Source: Felis catus
Taxonomy: Eukaryota
Length of the DNA: 64,000 bases
NCBI RefSeq assembly: GCF_018350175.1
Contig: NC_058368.1
Span: forward strand, 4,774,001-4,838,000
Direction: 5' to 3'
How positions within the stretch are numbered: the stretch's first letter is position 1; each line of letters begins with the position of its first letter. Shown here one piece after another: positions 39,084 through 50,400 of the stretch. The position numbers and the translations under genes are program-made. The notes below the pieces were generated by a model. That model made no database searches. It had not been told where the DNA came from and saw nothing but the letters and a program-made list of their open reading frames with translations.

Positions 39084-40559
39084 GTTACATAATCATTTAG
39101 TGTGTGACATAAAAAAATGTTTTAAAATACACAAAAATTATTGCTGGATATTTTTTTTCATCCTAAGTTTACCAAAAAGCAAAACAGAACAAAAAACATA
39201 TAGAAATTGGAACTAATTCTACTGCTATTAAATTGGTAGTTATTCTATAGTATGTTATAAAAATGCATAGTGTTTTTTCGCTTTCATTGATAAAAATCAT
39301 ATAACCTTGGGGCTCCTTCTTCTTTAGAAACACATTCACTTTCCCTGAGTATCACCCAAATTATAATAATATGCCCACTGAAATCCACCCAGTCAGAGAT
39401 GTTTCACTACTCTCCTTCATACTAAATATTAAAAACAGGCTCAGTAAATTTTTAAGAGTTTCTCATAATTTCTTTTCACCAAATGATTGTGAAGATACAA
39501 AGGAATATGATAATCCACTTACACAACATACAAAAATTTGGAACCCAAATGCCATCATGTAATTTGTCCACAAACAAATACAAATAGTTAAAAATTGAAA
39601 AAAAATGCATCAAAGAAGCAAAATATTTTTCACTTCAGGTCAACGGTAAATGGCAAATGAATGGCGACATCAGGTAAGGTTGATGGTACACGAAATCAGC
39701 GAACTTCAACAAAGCCATCCAATCACCTAGCTAAGAACCTGCACCTTCTTGTCATCAATGGCTTCTAATGAATAGACACCTCTGAGTTTCTGACATGTAA
39801 TGTAATCTCAGATTGGATTTTCTAAATTTCTCATTGCTAACTCAGTCAAAGCTTCCCATATGCCATTACCCACTTTAGTTGGAGAATAAGGAATACAAAG
39901 ATATTTCATTTAATACTTAAATGGACTTCCTTAGACTCTTTACTTGTCTGTCTTTAGCCCCAATGTGGAAATCATGTCTATAAATAATGCTGAGACAAAC
40001 ATGATCTTTTGCAACACTTCTATCTGTCCATCAGAAAAGATACTTTGGCCTCACAACCATGAAGTGATTATTAATATAACTTAATTTATAAGAAGACATA
40101 AATACGTCATATACACGTATATACATACTAAAATGTGTTAAACCCTAAAGTTATATCCATCCAATAAAAAGCAAAAGGCCCCAGAACACTCCCAGGTTTT
40201 TATCACAACAAAATATCTTAAGAATGTAACAGCCTCATGTTTGATTTTCCATTGGGGCGAGGTGACTAATTCGCATTTGCTTACAAAATAAAATCATCCC
40301 CAAGTTCGCCCACCAGTGGATTGGCCAAAACAGCAGAATAGTTGGTGGCAGTACTGAACATTAATAAAGTTCGTTTATGACCCAGAATTATAGTAAGAGG
40401 AGGCCTTAACTTCAAAAAGGAAGACGTCACCCAAAGGGCCTGATGGGCGGTATATGTTGAAAGTCAAGAAAAAGGTGAAGCTGTCAGTCTGAGACTCCAG
40501 AAGAAACAGAAGAGACAGTGGGGTGGGGGAGGGGATGGGGGTCTGGAGGCCATTCTTAC

Positions 40560-40595
40560 CAGGTTTGGAGCACTGGCGACTCTTAAGGACAAGTC
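40560..40595 (-). other. Candidate 36-nt exon, coding or UTR (open as (G)LVLKSRQCSKP or DLSLRVASAPNL)
   Basis: Branch point CACTAAC about 25-30 nt upstream, tract ttttccttcctttccag|, donor CTG|GTAAGA, in a repeat-free block. Confidence 0.5.
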
Positions 40596-40904
40596 CTGGA
40601 AAGGAAGGAAAAGATGTGCTGTTAGTGCGCAGATGTGTGAGAGATCATTGGAAGTTAAATTAGAATGTCAGTTCTCTATTTGATCTGAAAAAATATATAT
40701 TGAGAAAAAATAAATTCTGTGCGCGCACACACACACGCGCACGTAAATGCACGCGTATACATTTACACGCCCTTAATAGCAGATTTTAAGCGCACTGAGA
40801 AAATGATGCATTCTACCTAACGTATCTGGATTGCACCGCAACCCCACGGTTCTGGCTGTGTTATTCCGTAACGATGAGCCCTGGGTTTCAAATCCACTGA
40901 TCTC

Positions 40905-41100
40905 TGGTTAAGTGCACAGGCTCTGAAGCCAGACTGCATAGGGTCAAATCCCAGACCGCGGTTTCTTGCTGCGTGACCCGGGGCAGTGATTTCATTTCTC
41001 TGCCAGGCTAACGGCAGAGAATGGAGTGAGGACTAAGTGAATTAATATCCACAAAGGGCTTGGAGCACTGCCTGGCACATTGTAAGCACATGCAAATGCA
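40905..41100 (+). mobile_element. MIR
   Basis: tggttaagtgcacaggctctgaagccagactgc..ggtcaaatccca..gcctggcacattgtaagcac. Confidence 0.8.
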
Positions 41101-42544
41101 TGTTGCCATCTTGGGGATTTGCTCTCTGTGGCGAAAAACTGGGCAGCTTCTCGGGAATCCTTGCTCCTTTGCAGACATTTATTAGCTCCCTCCATTGGCC
41201 CCCCACTTGGTCCCCCACGTGTAGAGAACTTCTGCTCCCCAGTCCCTACAGCCTCATCCCATCCTTCCGGAGCCCATCACCAGCCCTTGCCTTCCAGAAG
41301 CACCCTTCGTGGAAGCTGCCTGCCCCTTCCTAGTTAGGATCATGCTAATTTATGCTCATCATACCATCTGGATGGGCAGCTACCTATTCACTCTTTTATT
41401 CACCAACCCAACACGTGTTTATTGAATGCTGGCAGTGGGCCTGGGTGGGAACGACGGAGGCCCGCTGTCTCTGCACCCATGTGATTTATCGTGTCTTTAA
41501 TCCCATGGGGGGGGGCGGTGGGGGGCAGGCCAGGGGGGAACAGAACTGTCACCCTATTGCTGGAACTGTGTGGCATACCACACATCCTGGAGTGCCCTGT
41601 GGGGCTTCTCTCTAAACAAGGACACAATAAATCTTCTGGGAGAGAAAACGCTAGAGACACAATAGCTCATGAGGGTAACGGCAAGGGAGGAGGGGATCGG
41701 ATGCAGGGTGCTCAGGCTCTGGGGCTCTGTGCGGGTCCCTGGGGCACAGAGCCCGCCTGGGTAGAGTCAGTAATGTCAAATGCAGCTCAATGACCTTGCT
41801 GGGTTGTGGGCACAGAGAGGCAATTTTAAGCCAATGTTATGGATGTAGTTTGTATCACTTTCCCACCCAGCTGCTGAGGAAGGATGCTCCAAGTCCTTTC
41901 AGCGAGACCTCAAGGAAGTTGGAAGTCAGCGAAATAACATTAGTGCAACGGCCAGGGTGCTGTCAGAAATGGGAAGAATTCCCCTTTGGATGCCGCTGAG
42001 GGTATAACTCTGCTGGGAAATGGCCATCCCGGCTACAGGCAGGGCAGCCGCGGCCCATCAGAGTGACCACGTCATAGGAGGAGAGCCACCGTGTGACAGA
42101 ACGGTCACGCTGGTCTCAGCCTGCCTGCCCAACCAGGAGGAATGGCCCAGAAGCAGAGCAGAAGGACAAAGCCACACACCAAGACCAAGGGCTGACGGAC
42201 CGTAAGAACATCTGAGGAAAAGGCGCAGAGCGTCCCGAAACCTGCCAGGGGACGGAGGGGCTTGGATGGGGGTTCCTGCCATTTTACTGTGGGGCTCGGA
42301 ACCCGGACGCTTGTCACCGTGGCTACCACCCCCCGACACACACTGCCCGTGCCGTCCACATCACGGTAGGGCTGGGGTGCAGGTCACCGCAGAAAACAGA
42401 GCAACATTCACTTCGTGTCCACACGGGAAGCGTGAGGCCAGCACTCAGGGGGGTTCGGGAACACGAAACTTGCTTCGGGGTTATGGTGAAGTCTCACTAA
42501 GTGAAGAAAGTATCCAGGTCATTGTTTAGAAATGACAGGCCTTG

Positions 42545-42670
42545 GGGGCGCCTGGGTGGCTCAGTCAGTTAAGCGTCCAGCTTCGGCTCAGGTCATGATC
42601 TCACGGTCCACGAGTTCAAGCCACACAGAGGGCTCTGTGCTGACAGCTCAGAGCCTGGAGCCTGCTTCAG

Positions 42671-42718
<48 letters not shown>

Positions 42719-42788
42719 CCTCTCTGCTCATGCTCTTTCTCTCAAAAATAAAATAAACATTAAAAAAATATATATTTAAAAAAAAAAG
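42545..42788 (+). mobile_element. CAN-SINE with expanded (TC)n
   Basis: Perfect TSD gaaatgacaggccttg. Confidence 0.96.
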
Positions 42789-42961
42789 GAAATGACAGGC
42801 CTTGCTCTGTTGAGAAATTACTGCTCTTACCATAAAAATCTAGAAGGTGCCACAAAAGCAACCAGAAAGGGAGGATGGCATGAGGCTGACACAGTGTGTG
42901 TGGATTACAATGTCAGCAATTACGCAATTCCTTTCCTCCGTCCCACGCTAAACCAAGCAAT

Positions 42962-43166
42962 CTTTTTTCTCTTTACTGTTTGTTTATTTTTGAGAGAGAC
43001 AGAGACAGAGCGCGAGAGGGGGAGGGGCAGAGAGAGAGAGAGGGAGACACCGGATCCGAAGCGGGTTCCAGGCTCCGAGCTGTCAGCACAGAGATGCGGG
43101 GCTCGAAGTCCCAAAGGCCAGATCATGAGGACGCGTCACCACCACGGGAGCCACCCGGGCGCCCCC
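42962..43166 (-). mobile_element. CAN-SINE
   Basis: tttattttt gagagagacagag..gagccacccgggcgcccc. Confidence 0.9.
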
Positions 43167-43334
43167 AGAAATCTCTCCTTTCAAAGGAGCCCAGTAAGTA
43201 ACAACGACCAACAAGACGTGCCCGACTTTGTTACAAACTAAGACACGGAGGAAACAGGTGAATCGACTGTTTAACACGGTTTGACTATAAAATAACTGAG
43301 AAGACATGGCAGCCAAAAGAACATCTGAGAGAAA

Positions 43335-44215
43335 ATTTTTTTTTATACTTTACATGATTGTATTTTTAAACTGTATTTTTTTAGTAAAAATTGTCAAGTA
43401 GCCTCAAAAACGGAGCTGAAAATACCTCTACGAATCTATCGCCTAGATTCAACAGCCATCACTTCACTCCGCTCATGCCATGAATTTTCATTTTGCTGGG
43501 TTTTTAAACAGCAAATCCCAGTCTTCCTGGTACTTCACCCCTCGATCATTCAATATCCTCTTTAAAAGGGGACATTTGGGGCGCCTGGGTGGCGCAGTCG
43601 GTTAAGCGTCCGACTTCAGCCAGGTCACGATCTCGCGGTCCGTGAGTTCGAGCCCCGCGTCGGGCTCTGGGCTGATGGCTCAGAGCCTGGAGCCTGTTTC
43701 CGATTCTGCGTCTCCCTCTCTCTCTGCCCCTCCCCCGTTCATGCTCTGTCTCTCTCTGTCCCAAAAATAAATAAACGTTGAAAAAAAATTTTTTAAAGGG
43801 GACATTTTCTTACATAAGCATAACGCTTTCATCACACTAAACAAAATTATCATTCCGTAGTTAAGTCAGCCCTCTAGTTCCATGGTCGTTTTGCTATAAC
43901 CCCTGAGTTTACAAATAGGTGTTTTTCCAGAAGTTTGGCTCTAAGTCAGTTTCGATTTCAGAAAATGTTTCCCACAAGAGCATCTTTAACCCATATATCA
44001 CCTGAAATAGAACAATTGTCCAGCTAAAAATGGTAGGAAGCCGTGCTTACTGTGTAAAAATTCTATTTCTATGGAATAACCTGGCATAAACATCTTCATA
44101 TACATTGTCTTTGTCCGTGTTTAAAATTATTTCTATCCTAAGTGAAATTCAAGAATTAGGATCATCCTAAGAATCCTGTTTCATGCTGCCAAACTTCTTT
44201 CCAGAAAGTGCTATA
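43335..44215 (-). mobile_element. Old L1ME-type fragments interrupted by a SINE
   Basis: cctagattcaaca..aaatcccag..tacttcacccct..ttcttacataa; tgccaaacttctttccagaaag. Confidence 0.55.
43578..43794 (+). mobile_element. Young SINEC_Fc-type SINE
   Basis: Near-consensus; TSD aaaggggacattt. Confidence 0.97.
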
Positions 44216-44217
44216 GA

Positions 44218-44325
44218 CAAGTGCTTCTCACACCTTAATGTGCATTGGAATCACCTGGGTATCTTGTTAAAATGTAAATTCTCCTTCTGGACATCTGGGT
44301 AGGGGCTCCGCGGTGACATCATGCT
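44218..44325 (+). mobile_element. MER5-like fragment next to an MLT1 LTR
   Basis: gtgcttctca..tgcattggaatcacctggg..cttgttaaaatg. Confidence 0.7.
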
Positions 44326-44329
44326 ATCT

Positions 44330-44978
44330 GCTCATGGTTTGAATGGTATCCCCCGCCCTCAAATCCATACATTGAAGTCCTCAGTACCTCAGAATGTGAC
44401 TTTATTTGGAAAGAGGGTTGATACGGATATAATTAGCTTAAAAAAATCTTTTAATGTTTATTTATTTATTTTTGAGAGACAGAGAGAGAGAGAGAGACAG
44501 AGAGTGAGTGGGGGAGGGGCAGAGAGAGAGAGGGAGACGCAGAGTCCCAAGCAGGCTCCAGGCTCCGAGCTGTCAGCACGGAGCCGGACACAGGGTTTGA
44601 ACTCACAGACCGTAAGACCCGAGCCGAAGTCGGCGCTTAGCCAACTGAGCCACCCAGACACCCCCAGATATAATTAGTTTAGACGAGGTCATCAGGGTGG
44701 GCCTTCACCCACTCTGACCAATGTCCTCATTAAAAGGGGGATCTGGACACAGACACGCACACACGGAAAATGCCACGTGAAGCCTGGAGCCATGACGCCG
44801 GAAGCCAGGAGAGAGAAGCCTGGAACAGATCTTCCCCTGGAGGCTTCAGAGGGAGCACAGCCCTCCCGACACCTCAGTTCGGACTCCCAGCCTCCAGAAC
44901 TGTGAAACGCTCAGTGTCTGTTGGTTAAGCCCTCAGTCTGGGGTCCTTTTTTCAATAGCCCTAGCAAAGTAATGCACA
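44330..44978 (+). mobile_element. MLT1B/C-type MaLR solo LTR containing a SINE
   Basis: tgaagtcc..cctcagaatgtgactttatttgga..gcctggaacaga..cagcctccagaactgtga..gccctagcaaagtaatgcaca. Confidence 0.88.
44440..44665 (-). mobile_element. CAN-SINE inside MLT1
   Basis: TSD gatataattag(c/t)tt. Confidence 0.94.
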
Positions 44979-45039
44979 ACCCTTTGCACAGCCCGGGTTA
45001 GGAGGATTCCTACTTGGACACACCCCGGCCCTGTGTTCG

Positions 45040-45225
45040 GGGTTAGGATAAGGACTCCAAGCTTAGACTCTGCAGTCAGACGGGCCTGTGTTCCATAACC
45101 TGTCCTGGGTAACCTCGTAAATTACCGAATCAGGCTGAGCTTTGATTTCGTCACTTGTGACACGGCCATGCAGACCTGTCTTGTTAGGGTTTTGCAAGAG
45201 TTACATTACAAACACATGCAATATT
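45040..45225 (+). mobile_element. MIR
   Basis: gactctgcagtcagacgggcctgtgttc core. Confidence 0.55.
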
Positions 45226-45477
45226 CCAACTCTGCTGACCTTCAAGAGAGTACTTTTTAGGGCAAAAAAAAAAAAAAAGTGGAGAAAAGCTCAGAAAAAT
45301 TTGTAGGCAATCAGGGAACAGGTGGGTGGTAAGGAATGGAAGCACAGGTGTGGATTACTCTTTCAAAGCTTTTTCTCTTTTCTTTTTTGAAAAAGAGAAG
45401 TTAAAGAGATATGGGACTTTGAAGGACTCACAAGGTCAAGGAAAATGTAATTTTTAGGATGAGCAGGACTTAATATC

Positions 45478-46195
45478 TTTTTTTATTATTTTTAAGGAAG
45501 TTTTTAAATGTTCGTTTATTTTTTTTTTAATTTTTTTTCAACGTTTATTTATTTTTGGGACAGAGAGAGACAGAGCATGAACGGGCAAGGGGCAGAGAGA
45601 GAGGGAGACACAGAATCGGAAACAGGCTCCAGGCTCTGAGCCATCAGCCCAGAGCCCGACGCGGGGCTCGAACTCACGGACCGCGAGATCGTGACCTGGC
45701 TGAAGTCGGACGCTTAACCGACTGCGCCACCCAGGCGCCCCAGTGTTCGTTTATTTTTTGAGAGAGAGAGAGAGAGAGAGAGATCATGAGTGGGGGAGAG
45801 GCACAGAAGGAGACACAGAATCCGAAGCAGGCTCCAGGCTCCGGGCTCCGAGCTGTCAGCACAGAGCCCGACGCGGGACTCGAACTCATGAACCACAAGA
45901 TCATGACCTGAGCTGAAGGTGAATGCTTAACCGACTGAGCCACCCAGGCGCCCCTAGATATCTTTTTTTTTTTTTAATATTTTTGTGTTTTTTTTAAGTT
46001 TATTTATTTTGAGAGCGCGAGCGAGCGTGTGAGCGGGGGAGGGGCAGAGAGAGAGAGGGAGGAAGAAAATCCCAAGTAGGCTCCGCATGTCAGTGCAGAC
46101 TGAGACATGGACTCGAACTCATGAACCGTGAGATCGTGACCTGAGCCAAAATCGAGAGTAGGACACTTAACCGACTGAGCCCCTCGGGCGCCCCC
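45478..46195 (-). mobile_element. Three antisense CAN-SINEs in a chain (SINEC_Fc 45518-45741; 45745-45954; 45962-46195)
   Basis: Inner TSD tgttcgtttatttt; atatcttttttt at about 45474 and 45958. Confidence 0.93.
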
Positions 46196-46229
46196 TTGAT
46201 TGTAGACATCTTGTCCTCATCCTCGCCAC

Positions 46230-47060
46230 AGGCAGAACCCAGGGCACTGTCCCCAAACCCTGCCCCAGGTGCTGGGGAAGGGGCAGGGGGCGGTGTGGCT
46301 GCCTGGGTCCTCCACAGCCTGGAGCTGAGAGGCCGAGAGGCAGCTGGAGGCGCAACTTGAGCAACGGTCGGCGTGAAGGGGTCAGAGGGGGAAGGCCGGG
46401 CAGAAGGAAGGGGATGCTACGAAACCCAGGGAACTCAAGCAAAAGCGAGGGTCCCACTCGAGGAGTGGGCAGCGGGGCGCTGAGGGGAGAGCACGGGGTA
46501 GGTGCAGCGTGCACGGGGAGGGAGTACTAAGCGCTCTGAGTGCTGCTCGGAAAACCCAGGCTCAGGCCACCGAGCGGGTGGATCGGGGGGAAGTTCCTCC
46601 GGGTGTGCCGACGTTTCCCACGTGACCTTGTGCCATCCTCCCACGCTGGCTCTGGGCTCAGACACGTGGGCGGTGCCCGGTGGGGCATTCACAAACGGGA
46701 CACAGCAAAGGCTTGGGAAGCCCCATTTGGACCTGCTCGCGGTTCCCCTCTGCCACCACACGAAGAACATGTCCGGGCGAGCCTGCCGCGTGACGAGAGA
46801 CCCCCGGCTGCGTAGCCCCATCACCCCAGCTGGGTGCCAGCTAGGTGAGGGGGCCCCGTCAAGCCCAGGTGCATCCCCAATCTGTAAACCCACGAACTAC
46901 ACAAAGGCTCGGTGTCGTGAGCCACTAGGCTTCGGAGTGGCTCATTACGTGGCGTAACGACGGGAACAGACGATGGGTACGGTGCCCGCGGTTGCTCAGC
47001 AGCCACGGCCATGACTCCTCTGGAAGACGAGGGCCCCTACCACACACCCCAGTTGTGGGG
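46230..47060. promoter_or_regulatory. GC/CpG-enriched unique segment, possible weak CpG island or enhancer
   Basis: Visibly elevated CpG outside repeats; GGGGCGG near 46286; CACGTG near 46619 and 46663. Ratios not computed. Confidence 0.35.
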
Positions 47061-49434
47061 CCAGTAATGAGAGACAGGTGGGGCACAGACGCCAGGAGCT
47101 CATCCTGGCAGAGGAAGAGGGACCACGGGAGCCACTGAAATTGGAGGGTCATGACCTCGATCATCCCGGCCAACTTGAAGGGTCCTAACGTGAAGTCCAA
47201 GTGGGCAGCCTGTCAGTCAGTATTTCCCATAAGGGTGTCTCTCTGGCCGCTCAGACCCAGTAGGTAAAATCTTTGTGCCCATCCTGGTTACACCGGAAGG
47301 CGCCCTCAAGCTATTAGGTGGCCAGCGGCTTGGCCAGATCCTGACCGGCAGGGGGCATCCGAGGCCGACAGAGCAAGCTTGGGCAAGACGGATGAGAGTT
47401 TTGTCCACAAGCTGCCCTGCACCCCCCTCCCCAACCCCCCGGAGTCTAAAAGCGTTTTGGTCTGAAAGTGCAGCACAGTTGCCCGCTCTGGGGTGGTTCA
47501 CAGAATCCCTGTGTCCGTGACGGAGGGTCTGGCTGAGATGCAGGGTGGAGGCAGCAAGACCCCCGGGCAGGTCTGAAATCTACACTGACCTGGCATCATC
47601 GACCACTTACCCGCTTGGCTTCTTGGCAGTGGTTTTCCAGTGACCGAGTCCCTCGCGTCCCTGCTGGGCCCCACGGTCAGAGGCAGGGGCCACAGGCAAC
47701 CCCTGCAGGACACCCAACGCCTCTACCCTCTCAGTGAGTCCGGCACCGAGTTTGCTTTATAGATACAACGGTAGGCAAGACTAGGTCCTGGCCCTGAGTC
47801 TCACAGTCCGAGCGGTAGGAGGAGGTGGACAGGACGGCCGCCGTGACAAGTGTATGAAGAAAAGGCAGAGAAGCCCGGGGATGTGACCCGGTCTGTGAGT
47901 TCTGGGTCTGTTAGTTCAAGAGAACGTCAGGGCTTCACAAGCCCTGGCCAGTTCATCCCTCGTGACCTCTCCGGGGCCTTCCAGACCTGCTTTTGCCGGA
48001 AGGGTCTGCAGGCGGCATCAGTGGCCGCCTCTTGCCTCTAAGATCAGGACCACCACGTGCCCGGATGCACAGGTCTTGGCCAGAGGAGGAGGCCATGGTC
48101 TCAGTACGTCCTCTGCCAGGCGCAACGTCAGAGCCTGGGATTCCGCTCCCCCAGTAAAGTTAGAGCCCGGTGTTTTCAGCCACACGTGGAGAAGAAAACA
48201 AGCCAGGGTCAGTCCCTTGTTGGCCAGTCTAAGGGTCCTGGTGCCACTGGGTGTGTTGCCCAGCCTGAGCACCGAGAGCAGTGGTAGGGTTCCAGAACTC
48301 TCCTGTGGCTCAGGGTTCCATCCTCATCAGCAGCGACACTCTCAGGCTCTGACGGCCTGGTCACCGTGGTCCCCAGGGGTGGGGCTGGAAGGCCAAGTTG
48401 CCTCCCAGGACTGTACTGGGGCCCAGACCAACTGTGGAGTGTGGTGACTAAGCAGAATAGTCAAGGTGGCATTGCCTCGGGGATGGGGAAAAGGAAAATT
48501 CCTAGAACCAGGCACTCAGGAGTCACGCCCACTTCTGGGTGCTGATTGAAGTGGGGGGCAGAAACCCCAAAGTGTGGGCCCAGCCTCCAGCCTCAGGCGA
48601 AAGCTGGCCTCACCCGCCTGCGGAGCACGGCCTTGCAGGGAGGGAGCATAGCTGATGGGTCAGGTCCAAGGGAAGAAGCCAGAGTCAACGTGTCACGGCG
48701 GCCAGCCAGCTGGAGGGTCCAGACACATCACAGCAGGATGGAAACAGGGAAAAAGGCAAGAAGAGGTCAAGGTGGAGACTGCCTCCCAGGCTCAGGGAAT
48801 TTCCACGGGAAAAGCCAGGGTGCTGTCCCTTGAGAAGGCAGGCAGGTGCAGGGCACAACATCCAGGCACCTGGCAGAGACGTCGGCCACGGTGAGGAAGA
48901 GCGGGTCTGATTCAGGCCGGAAGTAGAATAGGCAGAGGCAAAGGACAGGGACCAGGGGCAGTGGGGAAGAAGGTGGCCCCGCTGGGCCTGCGAGGGCATG
49001 GAGAAGAAAGAGATCGGCAGGGAGCTCTTGCCTCCTTGTTGGTAGTGTCGTGATACACAGCACTGCATCGGAACCAGAAGCAGAGTCTGGGGGGTGGAGC
49101 AAGCTGACTCAGACGGTCCTCCCCCACCTCCTCCTCAGGCAGGGCCTGGAAGGGTCCAGGGACCTGCAGCAAAGACAAAGCCCCGGGCGCGTTCCCGCTC
49201 TGCGTGCTCACTTGGGTGCACGTCCTAGCTGCCTGTTATGGTCCCTGTGCTCCCAGGCGTCATATGACCACTGCGTTCTGTTTCTTGAGTAGCCTCCACC
49301 CCCTTGGGCCCATCACAGTATTTCTGCCACCTCGTGCCTCCTCAGCCAACTGGGTTCCTGGAGCCTCTAAGTCACTCTATCCGTTGGAGGCAGAAGTCTT
49401 CTTCACAGACAGGCTGATAAAACTAGTTCTCTGG

Positions 49435-49648
49435 GAAGGGAGCACCGAGGGAAGGGGAGGAGGAAGGAACACAAGGAAGAGGTAGAGAAGGAGCATGAGG
49501 AAGGAATGGGGAGGGAGCACCCAGAGAGGGAGAGGGGAGGGGGCATGAGGAAGAGGTGAGGAGGAAGCTCTGGGTGGGGGGGAAGGGGAGGGGGCAGCCA
49601 GGGAAGGGGCGGGGAGGGGGAAGGATGGGGAAGGGGTGGGGAGAGAGC
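49435..49648 (+). repeat. GA-rich low-complexity tract with many G runs
   Basis: Read directly. Confidence 0.85.
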
Positions 49649-49959
49649 ACAGGGCCAAACTTTCTCGCATTCAGTGGACTGGGAAACTGAAAACGAAAGA
49701 AGCCGGGAGCACTGGTCTCTCCTTGAACCTACCCATCTTAACCTTGATTTAAGAGTCGGGAACACACAGCCTGTACCGCAGCTCCCCGAGTGTGACCCCA
49801 CCTGTAATCGCAGCAAACCCTACTTGGCAGCACAGGCCCCCCCAGCAGCCCTTGTGCTGCCACCATTCTCCCCAGGACCTTCCCAGTTAAGCTTCATGGC
49901 CTAACGTACAAGTAAAATGTGCACCTTCTGGGGTGGCTTGTGCACAGACAATAACGACA

Positions 49960-50400
49960 ATAAATGAGGTTTATTAAGTCTTACTGTGCGTCAAGCGCAT
50001 ATGAAGTTTCATTCGATCCTCATGATGACACTTGGGGTAACAGTACACTACTCCTACTTGAAAATGGAGACAGGGGCGCCGGGGGGGCTCAGTCGGTTGA
50101 GCGTCTGACTTCAGCTCAGGTCATGATCTCGCGGTCCGTGAGTTCAAGCCCCGCGGCGGCCTCTGTGCTGACAACTCAGAGCCTGGAGCCTGTTTCAGAT
50201 TCTGTGTCTCCCTCTCTCTCTGCCCCAACCCACTCGCGCTCTGTCTCTGTCTCTCTCAAAAATAAATAAACAATAAAAAAAATTTTTTTTAATAAAAGAT
50301 AACGGAGACAAACACGAGCCTCCGTAACTTCCCCAGATCGCACAGCTAGTCATTGGAGGAGCAGGGTTTCGAACCCACGGCCCCAGGTACTGACCACAGA
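49960..50400 (-). mobile_element. MIR interrupted by a SINE
   Basis: tttattaag..tactgtgc..tcattcgatcctca..[SINE]..cagatcgcacagctagt..ggagcagggtttcgaaccca. Confidence 0.7.
50073..50298 (+). mobile_element. CAN-SINE inside a MIR
   Basis: TSD aa(t/c)ggagaca. Confidence 0.94.

Noticed and set aside
40560..40595. KSRQC resembles the RBPMS C-terminal KSRQFC
   Set aside because: Flanking residues and exon structure do not match, so no gene symbol was assigned.
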